A stretch of DNA of 64,000 nt from the IMG/VR virus record IMGVR_UViG_3300032238_000599, positions 1 through 64,000 of that record; one strand, 5' to 3'. Source of the stretch: a virus. Shown piece after piece: positions 1 through 9,586 of the stretch. Positions within the stretch are counted from its first letter, which is position 1. Every line of letters starts with the position of its first letter. The notes below the pieces were generated by a model. The model saw only the letters and a program-made list of their open reading frames with translations, did not search any database and was not told the DNA's origin. The position numbers were made by a program, and so were the translations under genes.

Positions 1-431
1 AATGGATCCTCTTTGAAAAATGTATGCGTGGTGATACCAGTGATAATGTCTTCTCGGCGTATCCAGGTGTGCGTACTAAAGGTTCTAAAAACAAAGTGGG
101 TCTTACTGAAGCGTTCGAAGATCGTAAAAGCCGCGGATTTTCGTGGAACAATCTCATGCTTCAGAGATGGGTTGACCATAACGGACAAGAACATCGTGTC
201 TTAGATGATTACGAACGTAACAGAGTTCTTATCGATCTAGCACATCAACCCGATAACATTAAAGCTCTTATTAAAGAAACTATTAACGCAGGTGCTGTAC
301 CTAAAGACGTTAGTCAGGTTGGAATTAAATTATTAAAGTTTTGTAATCTTTATGATTTAACTAAAATTGCAGACAGCGTACAACTATATGCAGAACCATT
401 TCAAGCAAAGTACCCAGGAGAATCAACATGA
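1..431 (+). CDS. rnh: RNase H / 5'-3' exonuclease (T4 rnh-like), 5'-truncated by the window edge
   Basis: Frame is open from the window edge (WILFEKCMRGDTSDNVFSAYPG). The GDxSDN..PG helix-3-turn-helix motif and RNxxLIDL are typical of FEN/T4 RNase H. Confidence 0.8.
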   Translation, partial: WILFEKCMRGDTSDNVFSAYPGVRTKGSKNKVGLTEAFEDRKSRGFSWNNLMLQRWVDHNGQEHRVLDDYERNRVLIDLAHQPDNIKALIKETINAGAVPKDVSQVGIKLLKFCNLYDLTKIADSVQLYAEPFQAKYPGEST

Positions 432-904
432 CAGACTTACACGCAAAACCCGTTATTGACGGTAAATTTTGGATCATCGAACAAAACGGAGTTAAAGTCG
501 GACTTCTACATAAAAAAGAAAATAACAAATTTATGTTAAGTTCAACTGAAGGTGAGAAAACATTTAACAAGAAAGATGATCTTGTTAAACAGTTTGGAAA
601 AGATTTTTTCTTACCTAAAGTTAAAACAACTACCAATGCTGTTGAAGAAGATCACGAATGCCACGGTTATCCAACTAGTTCAAAACCATATAATGCTATG
701 TATGATGTTCGACGTAAGCTACCATTGTTTACTAAATCAGGTGCTAGTAAGAGTTTATACTGTGCAGGGTACTATGTAATTAAATTTGACAAAGGCTGGG
801 TTAAATCATTCTGCCCCAAATTGATTACTATTGAACGCTATCCTTACAAAGGTCCATTTACTAGTGACATTGAAATGAAACAGGTATTAAGTAATGTCAA
901 ATAA
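428..904 (+). CDS. hypothetical phage protein
   Basis: 158-aa ORF, AGGAG SD, ATGA overlap with the upstream gene. Confidence 0.75.
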   Translation: MTDLHAKPVIDGKFWIIEQNGVKVGLLHKKENNKFMLSSTEGEKTFNKKDDLVKQFGKDFFLPKVKTTTNAVEEDHECHGYPTSSKPYNAMYDVRRKLPLFTKSGASKSLYCAGYYVIKFDKGWVKSFCPKLITIERYPYKGPFTSDIEMKQVLSNVK

Positions 905-1142
905 TACTATTAATACCATTCCTATTCAGTCATTTATACAACAAGTAAAATCGGCTGAAATGAGTCAACAACGTGAAATTCGGTTGGATATAAAAACAGC
1001 TAAAGTACTAGCCTTAACATTAGGCGAAGTTACCACTAAGCTAGCACAAGACTATGACGAATTGTTTAGTAAACTGCGTCAAAGTTCGGATAATCAAGTC
1101 ATTAATGTAACAATGGATGGTGGTGGTTTCGCTGACAAATAG
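894..1142 (+). CDS. hypothetical protein
   Basis: 82-aa ORF tightly packed in the operon. Confidence 0.7.
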   Translation: MSNNTINTIPIQSFIQQVKSAEMSQQREIRLDIKTAKVLALTLGEVTTKLAQDYDELFSKLRQSSDNQVINVTMDGGGFADK

Positions 1143-1150
1143 GATAAATA
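1143..1150 (+). promoter_or_regulatory. T4-like late promoter (GATAAATA)
   Basis: TAAATA core in a short intergenic gap. The same core recurs before many structural genes, and a gp55-like sigma is encoded in the window. Confidence 0.6.
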
Positions 1151-1177
1151 TATGCGTATATTACTTGGATACGCATT

Positions 1178-1462
1178 ATGTCGAGACCGAAACCAAAAGT
1201 ACTGTTAGAGTACGTTAATAAGAAAAATTATAAAAGTGAACAGATCCTAGAGTCGGAAGCCATCTGGGCTGTTTTCTATAAGGGTAAACCTTTTAATTTA
1301 AAAAGTTCTAATAATCTTACCAGTTACCCTGGTCCTAAATATAAAAAAGTTTCTTTTAGTAATCCAGGACATGCAATTAATTTAGCTAAAAAGCTAAACC
1401 TTACCTTTGGTTGTCAAGACTTCACTGTAGTCGAGTTAACTGAAGGTCGAATAATAAAATGA
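1178..1462 (+). CDS. hypothetical basic protein
   Basis: 94-aa ORF starting MSRPKPKVLLE, ATGA overlap with the next gene. Confidence 0.75.
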   Translation: MSRPKPKVLLEYVNKKNYKSEQILESEAIWAVFYKGKPFNLKSSNNLTSYPGPKYKKVSFSNPGHAINLAKKLNLTFGCQDFTVVELTEGRIIK

Positions 1463-1854
1463 TTGATCAAGAAACCTACACTAAAATATTTTTAAAAGAG
1501 TGGGGCAAGACAACTGATCAGGCCAATATTAAAATGTACACACGTACATGGTGGCAAAATACAAGAACTAAAGATGGCGGTGGATTACGCTTAACTGATA
1601 AGGGTTATGAATTTTTAGTTGGTACTTTAGAGTTACGAGAGTACGAAATTCCATTTACCGATCCGATTGATCTAAGTCCACAGACAATTATCTTTTTGGA
1701 CAGATTTATCGATTGCCCGTACTATCTTACTAACATGAGTATCACGGTATTTTCGGAAAAAAAACATTTTGAGCTTTACATGTTCTCAGATGATATCCGA
1801 AAATTTGGTATTGTAAAAGCTATTAACAAGCTCAAAAAATCCGAAGAAGAATAG
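1459..1854 (+). CDS. hypothetical protein
   Basis: 131-aa ORF, translationally coupled to the upstream gene. Confidence 0.75.
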   Translation: MIDQETYTKIFLKEWGKTTDQANIKMYTRTWWQNTRTKDGGGLRLTDKGYEFLVGTLELREYEIPFTDPIDLSPQTIIFLDRFIDCPYYLTNMSITVFSEKKHFELYMFSDDIRKFGIVKAINKLKKSEEE

Positions 1855-1874
1855 CCAAATTGGCTAAAATTGTG

Positions 1875-1903
1875 TTGACACTAACTAGGTTAGGCACTAT
1901 AAT
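1875..1903 (+). promoter_or_regulatory. sigma70-type early promoter
   Basis: TTGACA (1875-1880), 17 bp, TATAAT (1898-1903): perfect consensus. Confidence 0.85.
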
Positions 1904-1957
1904 AACTACATAGACAGTTAGTTCTTAACATATTTTTTTTCAACAACAGGAGTTTTT

Positions 1958-3049
1958 ATGGCAGAGATTGTTAGCCGCACAGTTGGTCCTAAGGGTGCAA
2001 TGAAGGGTATTCGTAAATCATTTAGCGCCAAACGTCCAATCTTTTTGTGGGGTCCTCCCGGTATTGGTAAAAGCGACATTGTACACCAAATCGGTGAATC
2101 GATCGAAGCTCACGTAATTGACGTTCGTTTAAGTCTTTGGGAACCTACAGATATTAAAGGTATTCCGTATTTTGATTCAAACTCAAGCACAATGCGTTGG
2201 GCTCCGCCTATTGAATTGCCTAGTCCAGAGCTTGCGGCTAAGCATAAAAAGATTGTTCTGTTCTTGGATGAAATGAACAGTGCCGCTCCTAGCGTACAGG
2301 CCGCGGCTTATCAGCTTATTCTTAACCGCAAAGTTGGTACTTATCACTTACCCGACAATGTGCTCATTGTTGCCGCTGGTAACCGCGAAACTGACAAGGG
2401 CGTTACTTATCGTATGCCTGCTCCGTTGGCTAACCGCTTCCTGCACTTAGAAATGCGTGTAGACTTTGATGACTGGTCAATGTGGGCCACTGACAATCGT
2501 ATTCACAAAGACGTTGTTGGTTTCTTGACTTTCTCTAAGAAAGATCTGTACGATTTCGATCCAAAATCTGCATCACGTGCATTTGCTACTCCTCGTTCTT
2601 GGACTTTTGTTAGTCAATTGCTTGAAGATGACGATACAGATAACGAAACTTTGGCAGACTTAATCTGCGGTACTGTTGGCGAAGGTCTTGCTGTTAAGTT
2701 TATGGCACACCGTAAAGTATCAGGAAAAATGCCTAATCCAACTGATATCCTTAAAGGTAAGGTTAAGAAAATGGAGTCAAAAGAGATTTCAGCAATGTAC
2801 TCTTTAACTGTATCATTGTGCTATGAGCTCAAAGATGCCGCTGACAAAAATGCCAAAGATTGGAATGATCAAGTTAACTACTTCTTCCAATTTATGATGG
2901 ATAATTTTGAAACAGAATTAGTTGTCATGGGCACTAAACTTGCATTAACACAATACAAGTTGCCATTAGATCCAGATGAGATTAAATGCTTTGACGACTT
3001 CCATGCTAAGTTTGGCAAGTATATTGCACAGGCTACTGAGAAGAATTGA
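1958..3049 (+). CDS. MoxR-like AAA+ ATPase
   Basis: Walker A GPPGIGKS, Walker B LFLDE, sensor AAGN, arginine finger LANRF, adjacent to a VWA gene. Confidence 0.88.
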   Translation: MAEIVSRTVGPKGAMKGIRKSFSAKRPIFLWGPPGIGKSDIVHQIGESIEAHVIDVRLSLWEPTDIKGIPYFDSNSSTMRWAPPIELPSPELAAKHKKIVLFLDEMNSAAPSVQAAAYQLILNRKVGTYHLPDNVLIVAAGNRETDKGVTYRMPAPLANRFLHLEMRVDFDDWSMWATDNRIHKDVVGFLTFSKKDLYDFDPKSASRAFATPRSWTFVSQLLEDDDTDNETLADLICGTVGEGLAVKFMAHRKVSGKMPNPTDILKGKVKKMESKEISAMYSLTVSLCYELKDAADKNAKDWNDQVNYFFQFMMDNFETELVVMGTKLALTQYKLPLDPDEIKCFDDFHAKFGKYIAQATEKN

Positions 3050-3065
3050 TCTTCAAACAAGTCGA

Positions 3066-3094
3066 TTGACACCTCCTTTGGGAGGTGTTATAAT
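3066..3094 (+). promoter_or_regulatory. sigma70-type promoter whose spacer is an inverted repeat
   Basis: TTGACA (3066-3071), 17 bp, TATAAT (3089-3094), with ACACCTCC-tttg-GGAGGTGT at 3069-3088. Confidence 0.8.
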
Positions 3095-3123
3095 ATATAC
3101 ATATAGCAAATTTAGGAGCAAAA

Positions 3124-4320
3124 ATGGCACATAGTTTAGACCCAATTGTAGACAAGATTATTGTAGCTCGTGTTGGCTTGTTACTACGTCACCCGTTCTT
3201 TGGTAACATGGCTACACGTCTTAAAATTGAAGACGGCACTGATTGGTTACCTACTGCGGCAACAGACGGTCGTACACTTTACTACAATCGAGATTTCTTT
3301 GCAGACTTAACTCCTAAACAAGTTGAGTTTGTTGTAGCACACGAAATCTTACACAATGTATTTGATCACCTTAGTCGTGTTGAAGGACGTAAAAAGAATA
3401 TTTGGAATGCCGCGGCTGATTATGCTGTTAACGGCCAATTGATTAGAGACCGTATCGGTGAGCAACCTCCTAAAATTAAAATTTTCCATGATACTAAACA
3501 TTATGGTAAAAGTGCTGAACAAATTTATGACGAAATTTATAACGACTTAGATGAGCAAGAACTTGCCGCATTAGGACAGTTACTTGACGAGCATGTTGAC
3601 TGGGGAGATCAAGATGGAAACGGTAAACCTGGACAACCTCAATACTCAAAAGAAGAGCTTAAAAAGATTCGAGACGAAGTTCGTGATGCAGTAATGCAAG
3701 CGGCCAGTGCCGCAGGTGCAGGAAATGTTCCAGGTAACATTCAACGCATGATTAAAGAACTTACTGAGCCTAAGATGAACTGGCGTGAAATTCTGCGCCA
3801 GCAAATCCAAAGCACAATTAAAAACGACTTTAGCTTTATGCGTCCAAGCCGTAAAGGCTGGCATACTGGTGCTATTTTACCAGGAACTAATTATGAAGAG
3901 ACTATTGACATCTGTGTAAGCATTGACATGTCTGGTTCTATCGGAGACGAACAAGCTAAAGACTTCTTGAGTGAAATTAAAGGCATTATGCAAGAGTATA
4001 AGGACTTTAAAATTAAACTGTGGTGCTTTGATACTAGCGTATACAACGAAGCCGATTACGATGGCTACACTATGGACGAGTTCGATGACTACGAGCCTAT
4101 GGGCGGTGGTGGTACCGAATTCGATGTTAACTGGGACTACATGAAAGAGCATGATATCCAACCTAAAAAGTTTATCATGTTCACAGACGGCTATCCATAT
4201 GGCTCTTGGGGTGACGAGAATTACTGCGATACAGTATTCATCATTCACGGTAACAATAAGATTGTTCCTCCATGGGGCAGTTATGGATACTATGAGCAAA
4301 ACGGTACGACTTCAAACTGA
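3124..4320 (+). CDS. HExxH metallopeptidase-like plus VWA domain protein (DUF2201-like), MoxR partner
   Basis: TAATDG, HEILH zinc motif, MIDAS DMSGS, GGGGT, FTDG. Confidence 0.85.
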   Translation: MAHSLDPIVDKIIVARVGLLLRHPFFGNMATRLKIEDGTDWLPTAATDGRTLYYNRDFFADLTPKQVEFVVAHEILHNVFDHLSRVEGRKKNIWNAAADYAVNGQLIRDRIGEQPPKIKIFHDTKHYGKSAEQIYDEIYNDLDEQELAALGQLLDEHVDWGDQDGNGKPGQPQYSKEELKKIRDEVRDAVMQAASAAGAGNVPGNIQRMIKELTEPKMNWREILRQQIQSTIKNDFSFMRPSRKGWHTGAILPGTNYEETIDICVSIDMSGSIGDEQAKDFLSEIKGIMQEYKDFKIKLWCFDTSVYNEADYDGYTMDEFDDYEPMGGGGTEFDVNWDYMKEHDIQPKKFIMFTDGYPYGSWGDENYCDTVFIIHGNNKIVPPWGSYGYYEQNGTTSN

Positions 4321-4846
4321 TGCATTCAGTGCCGGTCAGATTGAAAGTAAAATCTGGGCGGCTGAAGAATTAGAAAAAATAGCGGCCCATATTCATATTC
4401 TTAGGATTACAATCTTAGGAGGATGGTATGGGCTTCTTCATTTTATTCTCAAGTCTCGTGGGCGTCAAATGATCGAGTGGTGTCGAAGTTACGATCTTGA
4501 TGCGAGTGCGTGTGCCGGTGCTAATGCAATTAATAACACTTGGGAAATTCAAGACTGGAAGTTTAGAGCAACTCCAGCAGATGCTAATACATTAAAATAT
4601 GATGATGGTACTAATTGTATCATCAACACCTCAACAGAACATTTTAACAGTCAAGATTGGTTTAGCAATATACCCGAAGGAATGTTATGTGTTCTTCAAG
4701 GTAATGATTTAGATATCGAAGATCATATAAATCGCCCTAGTAACTTAGAGCATTTTAAAAAAATGTATCCGTTGCAAGTTTTATTATTTGCAGGCGAGAA
4801 AAAATTTGATAATTACACACGATATATGATAATAGGTCACAAATAA
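4292..4846 (+). CDS. putative class I SAM-dependent methyltransferase-like protein
   Basis: ILGGWYG glycine loop, acidic YDLD after beta-2, INTSTEH. Start revised to ATG 4292 to avoid a long overlap. Confidence 0.55.
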   Translation: MSKTVRLQTDAFSAGQIESKIWAAEELEKIAAHIHILRITILGGWYGLLHFILKSRGRQMIEWCRSYDLDASACAGANAINNTWEIQDWKFRATPADANTLKYDDGTNCIINTSTEHFNSQDWFSNIPEGMLCVLQGNDLDIEDHINRPSNLEHFKKMYPLQVLLFAGEKKFDNYTRYMIIGHK

Positions 4847-5128
4847 ATGGCAATAAAAAACGGAAAACCTAACCCTTTAAATTATTTTGATCTTAGGAGA
4901 GTTGACTTTCCTGCAACACAATTTCATTATACAACTGTGTCAAAATATTCACCTATGATAGTTAAACAGTTAAATTCTTGGATTTATGCAAATTTAAATA
5001 GTAGATATTACATAGGGCAAGATATAGAAATAGATAACCATACTAATTCAATAGTATACATAACTAAAATTGGATTTGAGCAAGAGAAAGAATTAAGCTT
5101 CTTCAAAATTGCAGGTCCACAAATTTAA
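4847..5128 (+). CDS. hypothetical protein
   Basis: 93-aa ORF directly after the upstream stop. Confidence 0.7.
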   Translation: MAIKNGKPNPLNYFDLRRVDFPATQFHYTTVSKYSPMIVKQLNSWIYANLNSRYYIGQDIEIDNHTNSIVYITKIGFEQEKELSFFKIAGPQI

Positions 5129-5170
5129 ACTAGATAATTATATGTGTACTTTATGTACAAAGGAGAAATT

Positions 5171-5401
5171 ATGACTGAACAAGTAGAAAAACAAGAACAA
5201 CCAGCACAAGACAAAAACGACACTGAATTAAATATCAGTGATCTTAATGCTATGAAATTAATCATAGATGTTGCTAGTTCTCGTGGTGCGTTTAAGCCAA
5301 ACGAAATGGTGTTAGTTGGACAAACATATTCTAAACTAACTGCATTCTTAGATGCTGTGGCTAAACAATCACAACAGCAACAACCACCAACAGGAGCTTA
5401 A
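5171..5401 (+). CDS. hypothetical protein
   Basis: AGGAG SD before ATG 5171. Confidence 0.75.
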   Translation: MTEQVEKQEQPAQDKNDTELNISDLNAMKLIIDVASSRGAFKPNEMVLVGQTYSKLTAFLDAVAKQSQQQQPPTGA

Positions 5402-5402
5402 T

Positions 5403-6014
5403 ATGGCTGACTTAAAACACGTAGGTCGTGTAAAGGCAAACGGACGTAAATGTCTTATTGCATATCGTACACTACCCGGCGATGCGTATCATTGCTTAAT
5501 TGTACCAACAGAAAATCTTCGAGATGATCAGCACGATTCTATTATTAATCTAGTTAATAGTCCTGCTGGACAAGATGCAAACGAATTTGCAGAAGTGTTA
5601 GCACGTACTAATTTTCCAGACGGAAGCATTATGTTAGCTAAACTTCACGTTGAAGGCAGATTTATTAAAATGCCAACAGATCAAATTGAAGTAACTCCAA
5701 ACCCTCAATTTACACTATCTTTAGCAGAACTTAATAGTATTATTGCAGAGCAACGCGGTGTTAGCGTTTCGGACCTTGCTATTATGCCGGGCGACAATGA
5801 CGATAAACTAAAAGACGGTGCTGTTGAAGTTCAAGAAGTACTTAAAGAAGTTAAAGATCTTAGCCCGCCACAGGGTCTCGAAGGATTAACATCTGAAGAA
5901 CGTGCAAGTCGACTACGCAGTGAAGCTGATCGTCTATACAAAGAAGCCGCAAAGTTACGCAAAGAAGCAGAAGATCTTGCTCCTACTAAGAAAAAGGTCA
6001 AAGAAGAGGCGTGA
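5403..6014 (+). CDS. hypothetical protein with C-terminal coiled coil
   Basis: AGGAG SD before ATG 5403 (MADLKHVGR), helical charged C-terminus. Confidence 0.75.
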   Translation: MADLKHVGRVKANGRKCLIAYRTLPGDAYHCLIVPTENLRDDQHDSIINLVNSPAGQDANEFAEVLARTNFPDGSIMLAKLHVEGRFIKMPTDQIEVTPNPQFTLSLAELNSIIAEQRGVSVSDLAIMPGDNDDKLKDGAVEVQEVLKEVKDLSPPQGLEGLTSEERASRLRSEADRLYKEAAKLRKEAEDLAPTKKKVKEEA

Positions 6015-6331
6015 CGAAACATGGGAAGTCTCTTCCCAAAGAAGTTATTGATCATTGGCCTGAAGTATTTAGTGAGATAAAACTCAACGTAGTACCTCTC
6101 AGGTATTTACATGCTATAATAGTAACTTTTAAAGACGGAAAAATTTGGGAAATTAAAATGAACGAACAGGGCCAAAAGCCCGACTGGGATGAACTTGAAA
6201 AGAACATCCAAGAAATGTTTCGTACTTACGAAGAATCTATTGAAAATATAGATTTTCGTCTTGATACCGAAAAGGTTAAAAAAGATGTTATTAAAGCGTC
6301 TCAAAAATTTTTAAAAAAGAAAAAACTATGA
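6011..6331 (+). CDS. hypothetical protein
   Basis: 106-aa ORF with 4-nt overlaps on both sides. Confidence 0.7.
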   Translation: MTKHGKSLPKEVIDHWPEVFSEIKLNVVPLRYLHAIIVTFKDGKIWEIKMNEQGQKPDWDELEKNIQEMFRTYEESIENIDFRLDTEKVKKDVIKASQKFLKKKKL

Positions 6332-7008
6332 ATGTCAAACTTCTTTCTTATTCACAACCAACTACTGAGTTTGCAGACTTGGGAATTGCAGATGCACAAG
6401 AACTAATTGCCTATTGTGCTAGAGTATCTAATCCAAGTAATCAATTTAATACCGAAACTTCAGAAAAACTTATCAAATATCTTGTTAAGCATAAGCACTG
6501 GAGTCCTCTTGAAATGGTTTCAGCATGTATTGAGATTACAACTACTAGAGACATTGCTAGACAAATACTTAGACACAGAAGTTTCTCCTTCCAAGAGTTT
6601 AGTCAACGTTATGCTGATCCAACAAAAGATCTTAATTTTGTCCTTAGAGATGCTAGACGACAAGATCTTAAAAACAGACAAAATAGTGTAGTATTAGATT
6701 TAGAAACCGATGCAGATCGATTTTTAGCATCGCAATGGGAAAACATTCAAAAGGGTGTAATTACTAAGGCAAGAGAGGCATACGAATGGGCCATTGCCAA
6801 CGGCATTGCTAAGGAGCAGGCTCGTGCAGTATTACCAGAAGGATTAATTGAAAGTCGTTTATATATGAACGGCACATTACGTTCATGGATTCACTTTATT
6901 GAATTACGTAGTGCTAATGGCACACAACTAGAGCATCAAGAAGTTGCTATTGCATGTGCTCGAGTTATTGCTGAGATATTCCCGATGACTTTAGACTTTG
7001 TTGAGTAA
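6328..7008 (+). CDS. thyX: FAD-dependent thymidylate synthase ThyX
   Basis: Signature RHRSFSFQEFSQRY, plus HWSPLE and EQARAVLP. Confidence 0.95.
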   Translation: MNVKLLSYSQPTTEFADLGIADAQELIAYCARVSNPSNQFNTETSEKLIKYLVKHKHWSPLEMVSACIEITTTRDIARQILRHRSFSFQEFSQRYADPTKDLNFVLRDARRQDLKNRQNSVVLDLETDADRFLASQWENIQKGVITKAREAYEWAIANGIAKEQARAVLPEGLIESRLYMNGTLRSWIHFIELRSANGTQLEHQEVAIACARVIAEIFPMTLDFVE

Positions 7009-8044
7009 ACTGCTCTTTTAACCAATCCCAATTATTGATTAGTTTTAATTTAGCAGGATTGCCTTTGTATTTCTCACCAAACTCTTTACCGGCGTTTGCA
7101 CCAGAAATAATGTATTCCCCGTACTTAGTATCTTTACCAATTGTTAGCCAAGTAACTAGTCTGTGATCAGTTTCTTCTTGTACTTGGCGATCAATTACAG
7201 CACTTGCTAATTTAGCACATTCCCTAAACGCGGCACGCCATGCACTAAATGGTCCGGTGGCAAAGTTATTATAATTGCTAACTTTTTCCATTATCTTAAT
7301 GTTAGCTCCTAGGCTAGTCGTGACGTCAACACTATTAGGGTCGGCATCTAATATCAAATGCCTTGGAAGCAGTTTGACTCCACCGTTGCCATATACTAAA
7401 TTGTTTACTTTATTCTTGCTGGGCCAAATATGTACTACATCAAAATCCCAACTAGGTACTTCGTAATCGAAATTAAAATCTTCCATAATTTCTGCATCAG
7501 CATCGACTACCCAGAAAAAATCTGTACTGCTGTCTAGTGCGGCTTGTAAGTGTGCATTAAAAATTCCTTTAACGTCTTTAACTCTACGTGCATAAGGATA
7601 TTTTTTTAACAATTCTTGGTAATTTTTTTCTGCTGTTTTTTCTTTGTAGCTTAAGAAAAATACATCATATATCTTTTTATAAAATAACCCAAAGTCTACA
7701 TCAAGTTTAACTTCATTAAAAAAGTTTTTTTCAAATTGATCATCTGTAAATACATGATTTTTTGGAATTAAGAATAAATTGTCGTAGCCAATTAGTTGAT
7801 GATGAACATAATTTACATCCCACTCAGGAACTGTAAATTTAAAAATGTTGTTGCTTATACCTATCTCTGCTGGTAAGAACCAAAACATAGAGGTATTAAT
7901 CTTTTTTAAAAGACGCTTAGTGTAAATTAAGTAGTTAAATGTTTCACCAACTTGTATAAAATGTGCAGTAGGATAAGTTTTCTTTAACCAATCTAATTTA
8001 TACTGAGGGAAATTTTTCTTGTAGTAAAAACCAATATCGTACAT
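6965..8044 (-). CDS. putative glycosyltransferase (GT-A fold)
   Basis: FLSYKE, VKGIFNAH, WVVDAD DxD motif, YGNGGVKL, AWRAAFRE. Paralog of the next gene. Confidence 0.6.
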   Translation of the reverse strand: MYDIGFYYKKNFPQYKLDWLKKTYPTAHFIQVGETFNYLIYTKRLLKKINTSMFWFLPAEIGISNNIFKFTVPEWDVNYVHHQLIGYDNLFLIPKNHVFTDDQFEKNFFNEVKLDVDFGLFYKKIYDVFFLSYKEKTAEKNYQELLKKYPYARRVKDVKGIFNAHLQAALDSSTDFFWVVDADAEIMEDFNFDYEVPSWDFDVVHIWPSKNKVNNLVYGNGGVKLLPRHLILDADPNSVDVTTSLGANIKIMEKVSNYNNFATGPFSAWRAAFRECAKLASAVIDRQVQEETDHRLVTWLTIGKDTKYGEYIISGANAGKEFGEKYKGNPAKLKLINNWDWLKEQFTQQSLKSSGISQQ

Positions 8045-8964
8045 TATTCTTTATCTATAATTTTAGAATTAAATCTAGTTTTATCAATGTGTACCATTTT
8101 AAAAAACTGACTAGCATTTTTATCAAGTACGCTAACTGGCAACTGTAATTGATCGTGTAAATCGGTACCTAGCTTTTCTGCTAGTGCCAATGCTTCTTCT
8201 TCAGTCTTAGGAGTATTATTTTCCCAAATTGTTTGTAAATGATCAAAATCACGAACGTTTACATAATCCCATGTAGTATCAAGATTAGTCATGTGACAGC
8301 CTTGTCTTGCGCCAAGTATTGCCCATATTCCATTTTTTACATCTGTTCCTACATTCATCCAGATTAATAATCTATTAAAATTTTTCCAATGTATTGAATT
8401 TTTAAAATTAGTAGGTGCAACTCTTACTCCGCGATCTAAACTCATCTTAACACCTTCGCGGAATCCTGCTCTCCATGCTTGGAACGGAGTAGCATTATTA
8501 TGAACATCGCTGAAACATCCGTTCATTTGAATGTATTCTGCATCCCAACAAAAATCTACCTGTGCGTTTGGATCATCAGCGGGTGCGTTTTCATGTGTTT
8601 TCATGTTAAGAACATATTCTTTTGGCCATAACTTTAAGCCGCCATTGCCATACATTAGTCCGTTGATAATGTTGTTACCTGCCCAACTAATAACACATTT
8701 GCTTAAATCTTTGTTCGATTCAAAATCTAATTCTTGATTAAAAAAATCTTCTCGTACAATGTTGTCAGCATCTACTGTGATGAATCTGTCAGTTTCACTT
8801 AGTCGAGCACAGGCTTTGTGTGCGCTGTCACTACCTTTTACACCATGTACACGTTTTGCCCAAGGTGCTTTATTACATAAGTCAGCATAATTTTTTTCTG
8901 CGTTTGGCTCATCATAACTTAGATAGATAATATCAAAATCAATTACTCTGAATTTCTGACTCAT
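8044..8964 (-). CDS. putative glycosyltransferase (GT-A fold)
   Basis: YLSYDE, VHGVKGSDSAH, TVDAD DxD motif, YGNGGLKL, AWRAGFRE. Confidence 0.6.
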   Translation of the reverse strand: MSQKFRVIDFDIIYLSYDEPNAEKNYADLCNKAPWAKRVHGVKGSDSAHKACARLSETDRFITVDADNIVREDFFNQELDFESNKDLSKCVISWAGNNIINGLMYGNGGLKLWPKEYVLNMKTHENAPADDPNAQVDFCWDAEYIQMNGCFSDVHNNATPFQAWRAGFREGVKMSLDRGVRVAPTNFKNSIHWKNFNRLLIWMNVGTDVKNGIWAILGARQGCHMTNLDTTWDYVNVRDFDHLQTIWENNTPKTEEEALALAEKLGTDLHDQLQLPVSVLDKNASQFFKMVHIDKTRFNSKIIDKE

Positions 8965-9586
8965 AAACTGTCCTTAAACTGTATTTTTTAAAAAATTGTA
9001 TGCTAGATAAATGTATTTTAGATGGCAAACTTTCAACGTCAAGTTGATGATCAATTGCAACTGAACCTTTTTCTACTAGCTCTTTTAAATCAACTGACAT
9101 TGTTCTGTATAAAAAGTTTTTATTTAATGATGAAGTTATAAAGAGTCCAATTCTATAATTAACTAAACGATATTGTTCTCTTGCGCCGTCATCTAAATTT
9201 AATTCAATAGTCCATCGACGATCTATTAAATTGTTTTTTATTTGTAGTATTGCATCGTCATGTTCTTTAACTTCAAGAATATTAACTAAAATAGTTGAGC
9301 TGATTCCGTAATCTAAAAATTTAGGAACAATCTCAAATTTATTTTGACTGGTAATTACAATTTTATAATTGTAAAATGTTTCTTTTGCTGTAAGAAATTT
9401 TTCAACTTCGTCATAGTTTACTTCAAAATAAGTGTTATATCTTGGATCTGGTTCGTTAGTAATTGATACAATATTTTTACTATCAAAATCAAAATATACA
9501 CGATAAGCATTTACACCGACTGATGGCAATGCATACTTTGCCATAATCTCCGGTGTCATATCGTTGATAATATAGTTAGTTGTCAT
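8939..9586 (-). CDS. hypothetical protein in the glycosyltransferase cluster
   Basis: 215-aa ORF overlapping both neighbours. Confidence 0.65.
   Translation of the reverse strand: MTTNYIINDMTPEIMAKYALPSVGVNAYRVYFDFDSKNIVSITNEPDPRYNTYFEVNYDEVEKFLTAKETFYNYKIVITSQNKFEIVPKFLDYGISSTILVNILEVKEHDDAILQIKNNLIDRRWTIELNLDDGAREQYRLVNYRIGLFITSSLNKNFLYRTMSVDLKELVEKGSVAIDHQLDVESLPSKIHLSSIQFFKKYSLRTVYESEIQSN

Noticed and set aside
1852-1866. TAGCCA-aat-TGGCTA palindrome as a terminator
   Set aside because: Short stem with no U-tract. It could be an operator upstream of the -35, but there is no further support.
4151-4291. Upstream starts given by the ORF track (4151, also 5144, 5352, 49766, 53916, 54367)
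   Set aside because: They overlap neighbouring genes or promoters. Downstream ATGs with an SD or better spacing are more plausible.
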